Shown piece after piece: positions 1-8,813 of a stretch of 64,000 nt of DNA. The notes under the pieces were generated by a model. That model searched no databases. It was not told the DNA's origin and worked only from the letters and a program-made list of their open reading frames with translations. This DNA is from Alphaproteobacteria bacterium (GTDB lineage: Bacteria > Pseudomonadota > Alphaproteobacteria > CAAHEQ01 > UBA3637), in contig JAZOOQ010000056.1 in assembly GCA_045655105.1 (NCBI GenBank), forward strand, positions 75,389 through 139,388, written 5' to 3'. The position numbers and the translations under genes were made by a program. How positions within the stretch are numbered: the stretch's first letter is position 1; every line of letters begins with the position of its first letter.

Positions 1-1
1 A

Positions 2-160
2 GCCCAAGCCAAAGCCAGAGCAACGGTTCCATCTGTTGGCGAAGTTTCTGAAGAAGTTGAAGAAAATGTTGATATTTCAGAACTTTTTAATCCAAAAGAA
101 ACATCTGTAACAATGCCTAAAAAGCCTGCTATCAAAAAAAAGATGGATAAAAAGATCTAA
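2..160 (+). CDS. 3' end of an unidentified protein-coding gene (5' part lies outside the window)
   Basis: Frame 2 is open from the window edge (...AQAKARATVPSVGEVSEEVEEN...KKMDKKI) to TAA at 158-160. A hairpin plus T-run follows. No family recognised. Confidence 0.4.
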   Translation, partial: AQAKARATVPSVGEVSEEVEENVDISELFNPKETSVTMPKKPAIKKKMDKKI

Positions 161-165
161 GAAAA

Positions 166-192
166 AAAGCGCTTGTTAAAAGCGCTTTTTTT
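166..192 (+). terminator. rho-independent terminator
   Basis: aaagcgctt (166-174) pairs with aagcgcttt (180-188) around a 5-nt loop, followed by a T-run to 192. Confidence 0.6.
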
Positions 193-274
193 AGAAATTA
201 AAAATTAACTTGTTAAAAGTATCTGAATTCTTTAGTATTAAGTAAATTCAGGAAACCCTATTAGAGATTTTATA

Positions 275-790
275 ATGAAATTTTTATTTGTAATTCTTTT
301 AGTTTTATTGAGTTCTACGACTGCTTTTGCAAGTGGAGATATTATTATTCCTTTTTTACTATATAAATCATTTTGGATATCCATTATATGTATTCCCATT
401 TTAGAAGTGTTTTATTTCCTTTTAAAGTTAAGAAAATTGGATAAAAAGATACTTTGTTATGTCTTTATGGCAAATGCATTATCTATTATTATGGGTCCTA
501 TTTTTTGCTTGGTTTTTATTTATATTATGTGTCTACCTTTAGTCGGGTTGGGGGCCTTATTTCCTGCAATAAATGATATTGTTGATCAAGTTAGTTTGCT
601 GTTTATTGTTTCAAAAAATTCGGATATATTATTTTTAGATATGATTCCATCTCTGATTGTTTATTTTTTTGTAGTTGTTTTTTTAGAGTATAAAGTTTTG
701 TCTGAAAATATAAAAATAATTAATAAAAATAATTTATTAAAGGTTTTAGTAATAGTTAATTTATTTACTTTTATATTTTTTTTCATTTAA
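275..790 (+). CDS. polytopic membrane protein, unknown function
   Basis: 171-aa ORF, almost entirely hydrophobic segments (about 5 predicted helices), signal-like N-terminus MKFLFVILLVLLSSTTAFA. No recognisable motif. 3' end overlaps the convergent gene by 30 nt. Confidence 0.45.
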   Translation: MKFLFVILLVLLSSTTAFASGDIIIPFLLYKSFWISIICIPILEVFYFLLKLRKLDKKILCYVFMANALSIIMGPIFCLVFIYIMCLPLVGLGALFPAINDIVDQVSLLFIVSKNSDILFLDMIPSLIVYFFVVVFLEYKVLSENIKIINKNNLLKVLVIVNLFTFIFFFI

Positions 791-1720
791 AATATAATCA
801 ACGCGTTCTTGGGCAGAAAGATTTTCTGGATAAGTGTCAATTTCATCTAAAATAAGGGATAATCCTTTTTGATTAGCAATTTGAATGGCAAGTCCGGGGC
901 GGGCGTTTAATTCCAAAACCATTGGGCCTTTTTCTTTATCCATCACAATATCCGCCCCCAAATAACCAAGCCCAGTCATATCATATCCTTTTGCTGCAAT
1001 AAGGAGATGTGTTTTCCAATCAGGGACTGTTAATGTCATTAAATCTGCATGTGTATCTGGATGATAATTAAGAGGCATATTATGTTGAACGGCAGCAAGA
1101 GCTTTACCAGTTTGAATATCAAGACCAACGCCAACAGCCCCTTGATGAAGGTTTGCTCTTCCGCCTGATTCTTTTGTTGCAAGACGCATCATTGCCATTG
1201 CAGGGTAGCCTTTATAAACAATAATTCGAACATCTGGCACCCCTTGAAAACTATATTTTTTAAAAATATCGCTAAATGAAACCATTTCTTCGATAATGGC
1301 ATCATCATATCTTCCACCAAGGCTATAAAGACCACTTAAAATATTTGAAATATGTTGATAAACCTCGGTGTATTTTAAAATGCGTTCAGAGGCCGTTCTA
1401 AAATAATTTTTCGTATATTTTTTGATAACTAAAACGCCTTTTCCACCACTGCCATGAGCAGGTTTAATCACAAAACTTTTTGATCCCTTAACAATTGAAA
1501 GTAAATTTTTAACTTCATATTGCGCTTTGATAACGCCAATGAGTTTTGGTGTTTGAATATCAACGGTTTTGGCAAGTTCTTTTGTTTTAACCTTGTCATC
1601 CACAAGAGGATAAAGCCGGCGTTTATTGTTTAGACCAATAACGCGATAATTTCTTGCATTCATATTCAAAACGCCAGCTTTTTTTAATTCACTTGGCCAA
1701 ACAAATTTTTTAAAAAACAT
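761..1720 (-). CDS. alpha-L-glutamate ligase-related protein (RimK-like ATP-grasp)
   Basis: 319 aa. The N-terminus GVLNMNARNYRVIGLNNKRRLYPLVDDKVKTKELA and the ATP-grasp core (KPAHGSGGKGV ... ELNARPGL) fit the RimK-related ligase family. The start lies 1 nt after the stop of the upstream gene. Confidence 0.8.
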   Translation of the reverse strand: MFFKKFVWPSELKKAGVLNMNARNYRVIGLNNKRRLYPLVDDKVKTKELAKTVDIQTPKLIGVIKAQYEVKNLLSIVKGSKSFVIKPAHGSGGKGVLVIKKYTKNYFRTASERILKYTEVYQHISNILSGLYSLGGRYDDAIIEEMVSFSDIFKKYSFQGVPDVRIIVYKGYPAMAMMRLATKESGGRANLHQGAVGVGLDIQTGKALAAVQHNMPLNYHPDTHADLMTLTVPDWKTHLLIAAKGYDMTGLGYLGADIVMDKEKGPMVLELNARPGLAIQIANQKGLSLILDEIDTYPENLSAQERVDYILNEKKYKSK

Positions 1721-1721
1721 T

Positions 1722-3284
1722 TTATGATTTCCTTTTGGTGGATTTTTTATTGTTTTTTACCAATGGGGCAAATCTTTTAAGTTCGGTTAAACGATAGCCT
1801 GTATATGTTCCCAATAACATAGTGATAAATAAAATCACAAAGTTTAATTCATTAAACACAAACATCACATGTCTGATTGTTTCATTTTCAATAATAAAAT
1901 AAATTAAAATGGCGGCAAGAATGCTGTTAAACACTTCTTTAACTGCATGATGCAACCCTTCTTCTTCCCAAATAATTGAGGCCCGTTCAATAATCCATGC
2001 TAAAATAATAATTGGAAAAAAGAGGGCTGAAGCTCCAATTTTCCAATCCATTTGATATCCTATAATTGAAAAATATTGAATAATTAAGATAACAAAAACA
2101 ACAACGGCTGAAATGCGTGGAACCAATAATAAATTCAGTTTTGAAAGCAAAAATCTTAAGGCAAGCCCAATTGCAACAATTAAAGAAAAACAACCTAATC
2201 CTGAAAGTAATCCCGTTTCAACCAACGCCATGGAAATCAGCATAGGCGTAAACGTTCCCATTGTTTTCATTCCGATAACGTTTCTTAAAATAACAACAAG
2301 CAAAATGGCCAGAGGAAAAACCATAAGCCATTTAAGAGCATTTTGTTGATCAATTGGTAAGTTATAAATTGAGTAATTGAAAAAGGGTTCTTTTCCTGCA
2401 TTTTTAGCACGATATTTAGCCATACCAAAAGATGAATTTAATGATTTTAAAACAGAATATTTAATGGTAGAGTCTTTTCCACCAGAAACATCAAATAAAG
2501 AAGCGCTACCCTTTTGAAAGGCAATAAAGTTTAATGGGGCTCCTTCTTTTGCCGTTTGAATATCAAAAACTTGCCAACCTTTTTGTTCTTGATTGTAAAC
2601 TTCAATCATCACATCTGGAGAAAAAGTTTTTTTACCTTCTTCTAACATGATACCTCTAATTAGGCGAGCGGGAATGTTTTGAAGAGTTAATAATTCAATG
2701 ATTTTTTCTGCTTTTTCTTTTAAACTAATTTCTGGTGGAAAATAAGAATATGTTAATTCATTGGCTTCATTTTGATTGATGAAGTTGATTAAATTTTTAA
2801 CTTTGTTTTTGCTACCAAAAGTTTCAACTTGTGATAAAAGTTCTTTCGCAATAAGCATTGTTTCATCATCTAAAATAGGAGCCTCAACTATTGGTTCGGT
2901 TTTATCTTCATTAAAAGATAATTGTTCTTTTACATCATAAATTAACAGACGATAGTAAAGATCTTGTTGTTTTTGTTTTGGTGTACCTGTTATAATGAAA
3001 GAAGAATCTGTTGTTTGAGTTTGAAACCCTTTAGCAATAATACTTTCATCAAGGATTTTAAAATGCGCATCTTTATTTGGTCTAGCAAAAGTGATTTTTG
3101 ACTCATCAGCTGTTGGTGTAAACGTTAAATGAGCCTCAACGCGCCAAACAGGCGTTTTCTTTTCTGGTGTGAAACTAAAATCCAAATAATTCATCTTATA
3201 AAAAATGCTACACCCAGCAAAAATAAGAGAAAGGAATAAGCCTAAAGTTAAAAAGAGGCGAACAAAAATCATTTTTTTAAACAT
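1722..3284 (-). CDS. 7-TM membrane protein of the RimK-associated 'inactive transglutaminase-like' family
   Basis: 520 aa: N-terminal signal anchor, an extracytoplasmic region of about 320 aa, then about 7 hydrophobic helices. It sits between the RimK-like ligase and the retropepsin-like protease, the conserved neighbourhood of this family. Assignment rests on architecture and context, not on a catalytic motif. Confidence 0.6.
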   Translation of the reverse strand: MFKKMIFVRLFLTLGLFLSLIFAGCSIFYKMNYLDFSFTPEKKTPVWRVEAHLTFTPTADESKITFARPNKDAHFKILDESIIAKGFQTQTTDSSFIITGTPKQKQQDLYYRLLIYDVKEQLSFNEDKTEPIVEAPILDDETMLIAKELLSQVETFGSKNKVKNLINFINQNEANELTYSYFPPEISLKEKAEKIIELLTLQNIPARLIRGIMLEEGKKTFSPDVMIEVYNQEQKGWQVFDIQTAKEGAPLNFIAFQKGSASLFDVSGGKDSTIKYSVLKSLNSSFGMAKYRAKNAGKEPFFNYSIYNLPIDQQNALKWLMVFPLAILLVVILRNVIGMKTMGTFTPMLISMALVETGLLSGLGCFSLIVAIGLALRFLLSKLNLLLVPRISAVVVFVILIIQYFSIIGYQMDWKIGASALFFPIIILAWIIERASIIWEEEGLHHAVKEVFNSILAAILIYFIIENETIRHVMFVFNELNFVILFITMLLGTYTGYRLTELKRFAPLVKNNKKSTKRKS

Positions 3285-3294
3285 AAATCACCTG

Positions 3295-3864
3295 TTAATG
3301 TAATGTTTTCGATAAAGCAGTATCCACCAGAGCACGACCTTTTAAAATATTTCGACCAATCAATGCTTGATATTCAAATTTATCCCTGTTTGCTAAAGAA
3401 AATTGGGCTGAAATGCGTTCAGAACCGATTTTAACCGTCATTAACACAACGATTCTTTCTTCGGAAATTTCTTGTCTTTTGATTTTAACTTGTTTAAAAA
3501 CGCGTTTTTCAAAACGGTGTTTTTCGCCGGTCCGTTTATTATAAAAATCAAAAGACACCCATTTAACGCCTTCGCGTTCAAAAAGCTCAATATTTTGAGC
3601 ATCAATAGAAGAGTTTTCTGCCCCTGTATCTATGCGAGCAAAAACAGGTTTTTTAAGTGGAGAAAAATAAACAGGTTCAATTTCTCCAATAATACCTAAA
3701 TTATGAGTTTTTTTTGCTTGTTCTTCAATTGAAACAGCCGGCACAACAACTGTTTTTATTTTTTCAATTACTTTGGGTTGTTGAACTTCTTCTTGCTTTT
3801 CAATGAGAGAGCATCCTTGCAAGAACAAACAGAAAAATAAAAGAATAGAACTTATTTTCTTCAT
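3295..3864 (-). CDS. retropepsin-like aspartic protease lipoprotein (family usually annotated 'ATP-dependent zinc protease')
   Basis: 189 aa. Lipobox LFLQGC. ARIDTGAENSSID carries the D-T-G signature. First gene of the three-gene unit with the 7TM protein and RimK-like ligase. Confidence 0.65.
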   Translation of the reverse strand: MKKISSILLFFCLFLQGCSLIEKQEEVQQPKVIEKIKTVVVPAVSIEEQAKKTHNLGIIGEIEPVYFSPLKKPVFARIDTGAENSSIDAQNIELFEREGVKWVSFDFYNKRTGEKHRFEKRVFKQVKIKRQEISEERIVVLMTVKIGSERISAQFSLANRDKFEYQALIGRNILKGRALVDTALSKTLH

Positions 3865-3988
3865 AAAAACCTCGTTTATTTTTTTTATTACATTTTAGTT
3901 AAATCATTTAAAAAGTAAAGAAAAAAAATAAATCTACTCTTGCTATTTTTTCTTAAATAAAATATACATTTCACATAAGGAGAAAGAA

Positions 3989-4390
3989 ATGTCAAAAAAG
4001 ATAAGAAGATTGGCTTGTGTTTATCGGTTGTGTTTGAAAGAATTACGTCATATTCATAAAGCTTGTGCATGTTCTTATGAGGGAATGAAAGCAGCGTTTA
4101 AAAGCGAAATTGCTTTTCGTCAAGACTTAAATGTTTGCCTTGGCTTGGTTCTTTTGGCCCTTGTTCTTCCTGTTCCATTGGTTCAAAAACTGTTAATGAT
4201 TATGTCGCTCTTTATTATTATGATTGCTGAGCTTGCAAACACGGCAATTGAAACAACGATTGATCGGATTTCTGCCGAAATCCATCCTTTATCAAAAAAA
4301 GCAAAAGATATCGGCAGTTCTATTGTCTTTTTATCATTTATTTTAATGATTATTATTTATACCAGCATTATTTTTTCACTTATCTTTTAG
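3989..4390 (+). CDS. dgkA: diacylglycerol kinase
   Basis: 133 aa. EIAFRQDL ... ELANTAIETTIDRISAEIHPLSKKAKDIGSSIVF aligns by eye to E. coli DgkA (AAFRQE ... EILNSAIEAVVDRIGSEYHELSGRAKDMGSAAV). RBS aaggaga upstream. Confidence 0.85.
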   Translation: MSKKIRRLACVYRLCLKELRHIHKACACSYEGMKAAFKSEIAFRQDLNVCLGLVLLALVLPVPLVQKLLMIMSLFIIMIAELANTAIETTIDRISAEIHPLSKKAKDIGSSIVFLSFILMIIIYTSIIFSLIF

Positions 4391-4721
4391 AACCATGATG
4401 TTTGCCTTTATGGTGTGATTTTGGTTTGATGTGGTTTTTATGATGTGGAGTATGGTGTTTTTTATAATGTTTATGCGAAGCAACACCTAAAATAACGCCT
4501 CCAACAAGAGCTGTTAATCCAAGAGCGGTAGCTGCAGAATTATAGGCTGGTGTGTAATTATTTTTTTCAACCACAATTGTTTCTGTTGGTTGAATGTTTT
4601 GAATAATAACGTTTGGTTTTTCATCTTCAACATATATTGTTTTATAGTATCCTGCATGAGCAGGTAAACAAGAAAGGCTTAAAATTGCAGCCATTAATGT
4701 GAATGATATTTTCTTTTTCAT
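4380..4721 (-). CDS. small exported protein with one C-proximal TM segment and a His/Lys-rich tail
   Basis: 113 aa. Signal peptide MKKKISFTLMAAILSLSCLPAHA, hydrophobic segment AATALGLTALVGGVILGVA, tail HKHYKKHHTPHHKNHIKPKSHHKGKHHGSKR. Confidence 0.5.
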   Translation of the reverse strand: MKKKISFTLMAAILSLSCLPAHAGYYKTIYVEDEKPNVIIQNIQPTETIVVEKNNYTPAYNSAATALGLTALVGGVILGVASHKHYKKHHTPHHKNHIKPKSHHKGKHHGSKR

Positions 4722-4842
4722 TTTAAACTCCTTTTATCATTGGCATTCAATTTTGTTAACGAATGAAAATAAAATAAGTTCATTTTTATTTCTTGATATC
4801 AGAAAATATTTTTTGTAACATGAAATTAAAGTGAGTTGAAAT

Positions 4843-6009
4843 ATGGTTAAAAAATTATATTATACGAAAGCCTTATTAAAATATGAGCTTGAAAAATGTT
4901 TAAATTGTGTGGATAAACCTTGTAAACAGGCATGCCCTGTTGGATGCGATCCAAGTTTTTTTATTCGAAAAGCGAAAGAACAAGATTTTATAAGCGCCGC
5001 GCATTCAATTCGTGAAAAAAATCCATTAGGTGAAATTTGCGGTTTAGTTTGTTCTTCAAAATTTTGCATGCGTGCTTGCACGCGATCTAAAATAGATTGT
5101 CCTGTTAATATTCCAAAAATTCAGGCAACAATTTTACAAGAAGTGAAAGAAAAAGATGTTTTAGTTTCAGACTTAAAAAAAGAAAAAATTGCGGTTGTTG
5201 GTGGTGGACCAGCTGGTATTGGGGCAGCGGTTGCTTTTGCGAAAAATGGGTTTAGTTGCACCTTGTTTGAAGAAAATGAAAAAATAGGTGGAATGTTGAA
5301 TTTAATTCCATCTTCAAGATTGCCGGTTTCAACCCTTGAAAAAGAATTAAATAATATTCTTTCTTTGCCATATTTAAAAGTTCAAACAAATATTAAAATA
5401 TTAGATCCATTGAAGTTGATTCAAGAAGGATATGATTATGTTGTGATGGCAACAGGAGAGGGCGATATTAAAAGTTTGAATCTTGAAGGTGAGGATTATA
5501 CGATTAGTTGTTTTGATTATTTGAAAAATAAAGATTCATTTTCATCTTTAAAAAAGGTTGCCATTATTGGCGCTGGAAATGTTGCTCTTGATTGCGTTGA
5601 TGTTTTGAAAGAAAAAGGTGTTTCAGAAATTGAAATGTTTATGCGTCGCCCTCTTTATTTGATGAAGGTAGATAAAGAAAGGATTTTTGAATTAATAGAA
5701 TCGAAGGTGAATCTTCACCCAAATTCTGCGCCGATTAAAATTGAAAAGAATGGTGATTGTTTTTTTGTTTTATCAGCTAAAACGATATTGATCAATGATT
5801 CATTAAATCTAACAAATGAAGTGAGCGTTTATGAGGGATTTGATTTGGTTATCAAAGCGATTGGAGGAAAGGAAGTTCATCAAATTCAGCATGATCAAGT
5901 TTTTTATGCTGGAGAATGTAAATTGCATGCTTCTAGTGTTGTTGAATCATTAGCTGATGGAATTCAAACTGCTTATAAAATTATGAACCCTCTTTTAAAT
6001 TTGAAATAA
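4843..6009 (+). CDS. GltD/PreT-like NAD(P)H-dependent FAD/Fe-S oxidoreductase
   Basis: 388 aa. N-terminal Cys clusters CLNCVDKPCKQACPVGC and CGLVCSSKFCMRAC, dinucleotide fold VVGGGPAGIGAA and a second IIGAGNVALDC. This is the architecture of glutamate synthase small-subunit / dihydropyrimidine dehydrogenase PreT-like proteins. Confidence 0.7.
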   Translation: MVKKLYYTKALLKYELEKCLNCVDKPCKQACPVGCDPSFFIRKAKEQDFISAAHSIREKNPLGEICGLVCSSKFCMRACTRSKIDCPVNIPKIQATILQEVKEKDVLVSDLKKEKIAVVGGGPAGIGAAVAFAKNGFSCTLFEENEKIGGMLNLIPSSRLPVSTLEKELNNILSLPYLKVQTNIKILDPLKLIQEGYDYVVMATGEGDIKSLNLEGEDYTISCFDYLKNKDSFSSLKKVAIIGAGNVALDCVDVLKEKGVSEIEMFMRRPLYLMKVDKERIFELIESKVNLHPNSAPIKIEKNGDCFFVLSAKTILINDSLNLTNEVSVYEGFDLVIKAIGGKEVHQIQHDQVFYAGECKLHASSVVESLADGIQTAYKIMNPLLNLK

Positions 6010-6100
6010 AACCCTATTTTTTTTGAACGAGGGAAGAAAAGAGAAAATGCTTGCTGCTTTTTCACTTTTTTGTTATAATTTCAAAAAGAGGATGTTGTTC

Positions 6101-6565
6101 ATGAACAATAATGTTGAAAAAAACAATCGCCTAATGAGTTTAACGTATTCAAGTGATGAAGTGAAATCTCTTGAAAAAAAGGCAAAAAAATTGATTGATA
6201 GTTTAACAAATTCATTCGTTTTAGAAGCTAATGAGTTTTTGTTTGAAATGCAAAAATTGCTTCAAGAGGCTTCTGTTGTTGAAAAAAAGGAACGTTCTTT
6301 TATTCTTAAAAATCGTTTTTTTTCACTAGCACATGATTTAAAAGGGCAAGGAACAACTTATGGTTATGATATGATCACGCTTTTATCTGAACATATTTGT
6401 GATTTTATTCGAAGTAAATCCGTTTTTTCTCAAAAAGAAATTGATTTATTTGTTTTAGATGTTGAAGATATGAAAAAAGTATTATCGCAACCACCTCATG
6501 GGCTTTCATCTCGGTTAAAAAAAGAAATTATAAATCGCTTGGAGAAACAAAAATGTCTCAAATAA
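6101..6565 (+). CDS. single-domain histidine phosphotransfer (Hpt) protein
   Basis: SLAHDLKGQGTTYGY matches the Hpt H-x-L-K-G-x-x-x-x-x-G phospho-histidine motif. Start chosen at ATG 6101 (gagg 9 nt upstream). The track ORF begins at an alternative TTG at 6023, so the start is uncertain. The 3' end overlaps the response-regulator start by 13 nt. Confidence 0.6.
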   Translation: MNNNVEKNNRLMSLTYSSDEVKSLEKKAKKLIDSLTNSFVLEANEFLFEMQKLLQEASVVEKKERSFILKNRFFSLAHDLKGQGTTYGYDMITLLSEHICDFIRSKSVFSQKEIDLFVLDVEDMKKVLSQPPHGLSSRLKKEIINRLEKQKCLK

Positions 6566-7233
6566 CGCCACATATTTTAGTTGTTGATGATGATACGCGT
6601 TTAAGAAGGTTGTTGAAAAAATATTTAACCGAAAATGGATTTGTTGTTTCTCAAGCAAGTGGAGCGCAAGAGGCTAAAGAATTATTAAAATTGTTTTCAT
6701 TTTCTATTCTGATTTTAGATATGATGATGCCGGGTCAAAATGGGCAAGAATTAACGCGCGAGTTAAGAGAAAATCAATTTGAAACGCCTATTTTAATGTT
6801 AACGGCAATGGGCGATATTGATAATCGAATTAGTGGCCTTGAAGCAGGCGCTGATGATTATTTATCCAAGCCGTTCGAACCAAAAGAATTGCTCTTGCGA
6901 ATTAATAATATTTTGAAAAGACAAGTTCAACAAGAGATTAGAAAAGAGGTTTGTTTTGGTGATTGTGTGTATGATACAAAAACAAAACAGTTGCTTAAAG
7001 ATGGAAATTTTGTTTTATTAACAAATGTTGAACAAGATTTGTTAAGTGTGTTGGTATCTTCGCTTGGCGAGCCGATTTCAAGGGAAGATATTGCTTTGGC
7101 GTTAAAATCCGATAATTTAAGAGCAATTGATGTTCAAATTACAAGATTAAGACGCAAAATTGAAACAGATATTAAAAAACCGATTTGTATACAAACGGTT
7201 CGAGGAATGGGATATATTTTGGTGCCAAAATGA
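6553..7233 (+). CDS. OmpR-family response regulator
   Basis: 226 aa. Receiver domain (ILVVDDD ... LILDMMMPG ... LTA ... KPF) plus winged-helix C-terminus (VDVQITRLRRKIE ... IQTVRGMGYIL). Confidence 0.9.
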   Translation: MSQITPHILVVDDDTRLRRLLKKYLTENGFVVSQASGAQEAKELLKLFSFSILILDMMMPGQNGQELTRELRENQFETPILMLTAMGDIDNRISGLEAGADDYLSKPFEPKELLLRINNILKRQVQQEIRKEVCFGDCVYDTKTKQLLKDGNFVLLTNVEQDLLSVLVSSLGEPISREDIALALKSDNLRAIDVQITRLRRKIETDIKKPICIQTVRGMGYILVPK

Positions 7234-8627
7234 TTAAAAAAACGCCGTTTATTTTATTAAAAAGATTTTTAATTTGGTGTAGAGATACCTTAAAAGGAAC
7301 AAAAATAAAATTGTTGCCACAAAGTTTATTTTATCGCTTCATTTTGATTATTTTGATGCCACTTATTTTTTTGCAAACAGCAATGTTTTTCTTTTTTTAT
7401 GATAGGCATTGGCAAACTGTAAGTCGAAGATTGGCCACTGATGTTGCAGGTGAAATTCAAATTATTGCTGATTTTGTATCAGATCATGCCTCTCAATCAG
7501 AAATTGATTCTTTTATTAAAACGGCTCAAAATGCGCTTTCTCTTAAAATTGATTTTAGAGAAAATCAATTGATTCCTTTTCAAAGTTTGAATAAAACGGA
7601 TGCCTCGGTTGGTCATTTAACATACGAGCTTAATAATTTAAATTACCCTGTTTATATGAGTGAAGTTGAAAACAAACAATTAAGCGTTATGGTTCAATTA
7701 CCTCGAGGTGTTTTAAGTGTTTTAATTCCACAAAAAAGATTTTATAGTTCAACAGTTTTGGTTTTCTTAGGGTGGACAATTGGTTGTTCTGTTTTATTAT
7801 TTTTAATTGCTTTTTTGTTTATGAAAAATCAGGTTCGATCAATCGAAAAATTGGCCAGAGCTTCCGAGTTGTTTGGTATTGGTCATGATATTGCATTTAA
7901 ACCAACTGGGGCAACAGAAGTGAAACGAGCAGGGTTTGCATTTTTATTGATGAAAGATAGGATTTTAAAATACTTAAGTGAAAGAACAACAATGTTGGCA
8001 GGTGTTTCTCATGATTTAAGAACGCCGCTAACAAGAATGAAATTGCAACTTTCAATGATGCCTAAAGATGAAACAACCATAGATTTAACAGAAGATGTTG
8101 ATGAAATGGAAAAAATGTTAAATGGGTATCTTTCCTTTGCAAGAGGAGAAGGCAAAGAAACAGCTCAATTATTTCAATTAGATGAATTAGTTTCAATGCT
8201 TGTTGAAAAACAAAGAAAAATTGATCAGGATATTTCTCTTCATATTGAAGAAAGTGTTTCGATTACTGGTCGTCTTAATGATTTAACTCGAGCCATAACA
8301 AATATTTTAACTAATGCGGCTCGATATGCTAAAAAAACAAAATTAACACTTGGAATCCGAAATAAAAAAGCATTTTTAATGTTTGATGATAATGGACCTG
8401 GAATTCCAAAAGAAAAAAGAGATGAAGTGTTTCGAGCATTTTATCGTTTGGAATCATCAAGAAATAAAGCAACCGGTGGTATTGGCCTTGGTTTAACGAT
8501 TACCAGAGATATTATTTTATCTCATGGAGGTGAAATTTCCTTGGCAGAAAGCCCATTAGGAGGATTAAGAGTGTTGGTTTATTTACCTCTTTGTGGTCTT
8601 GAAACTCCACAGCCAGAGAGGGAATAA
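7230..8627 (+). CDS. EnvZ-like sensor histidine kinase
   Basis: Two N-terminal TM segments, H-box AGVSHDLRTPLTR, N-box ILTNAARYA, G-boxes DDNGPGIP and GGIGLGLTI. ATG 7230 overlaps the regulator stop (ATGA). The track ORF start at 7185 is rejected. Confidence 0.85.
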   Translation: MIKKTPFILLKRFLIWCRDTLKGTKIKLLPQSLFYRFILIILMPLIFLQTAMFFFFYDRHWQTVSRRLATDVAGEIQIIADFVSDHASQSEIDSFIKTAQNALSLKIDFRENQLIPFQSLNKTDASVGHLTYELNNLNYPVYMSEVENKQLSVMVQLPRGVLSVLIPQKRFYSSTVLVFLGWTIGCSVLLFLIAFLFMKNQVRSIEKLARASELFGIGHDIAFKPTGATEVKRAGFAFLLMKDRILKYLSERTTMLAGVSHDLRTPLTRMKLQLSMMPKDETTIDLTEDVDEMEKMLNGYLSFARGEGKETAQLFQLDELVSMLVEKQRKIDQDISLHIEESVSITGRLNDLTRAITNILTNAARYAKKTKLTLGIRNKKAFLMFDDNGPGIPKEKRDEVFRAFYRLESSRNKATGGIGLGLTITRDIILSHGGEISLAESPLGGLRVLVYLPLCGLETPQPERE

Positions 8628-8691
8628 AATTTAAAAAATTCCAACTCTTTTAAAAAAAACAATTTTTTACAGATAGAACGCATTTTTTTTC

Positions 8692-8720
8692 TTGCAACTT
8701 CATTTTCAAAGTTGTAATAT
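8692..8720 (+). promoter_or_regulatory. candidate sigma70-type promoter of the pilus cluster
   Basis: TTGCAA (8692-8697), 17-nt spacer, TAATAT (8715-8720), about 95 nt upstream of the first cluster gene. Confidence 0.35.
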
Positions 8721-8813
8721 GAAATATATTCTGTGGCTTTAAGAGTTTAAAAATAATTCTCTTTTGAGATGGAATAAAGAAAAATATATGTTTTTCAGGG
8801 GGATAGTAAAGAC

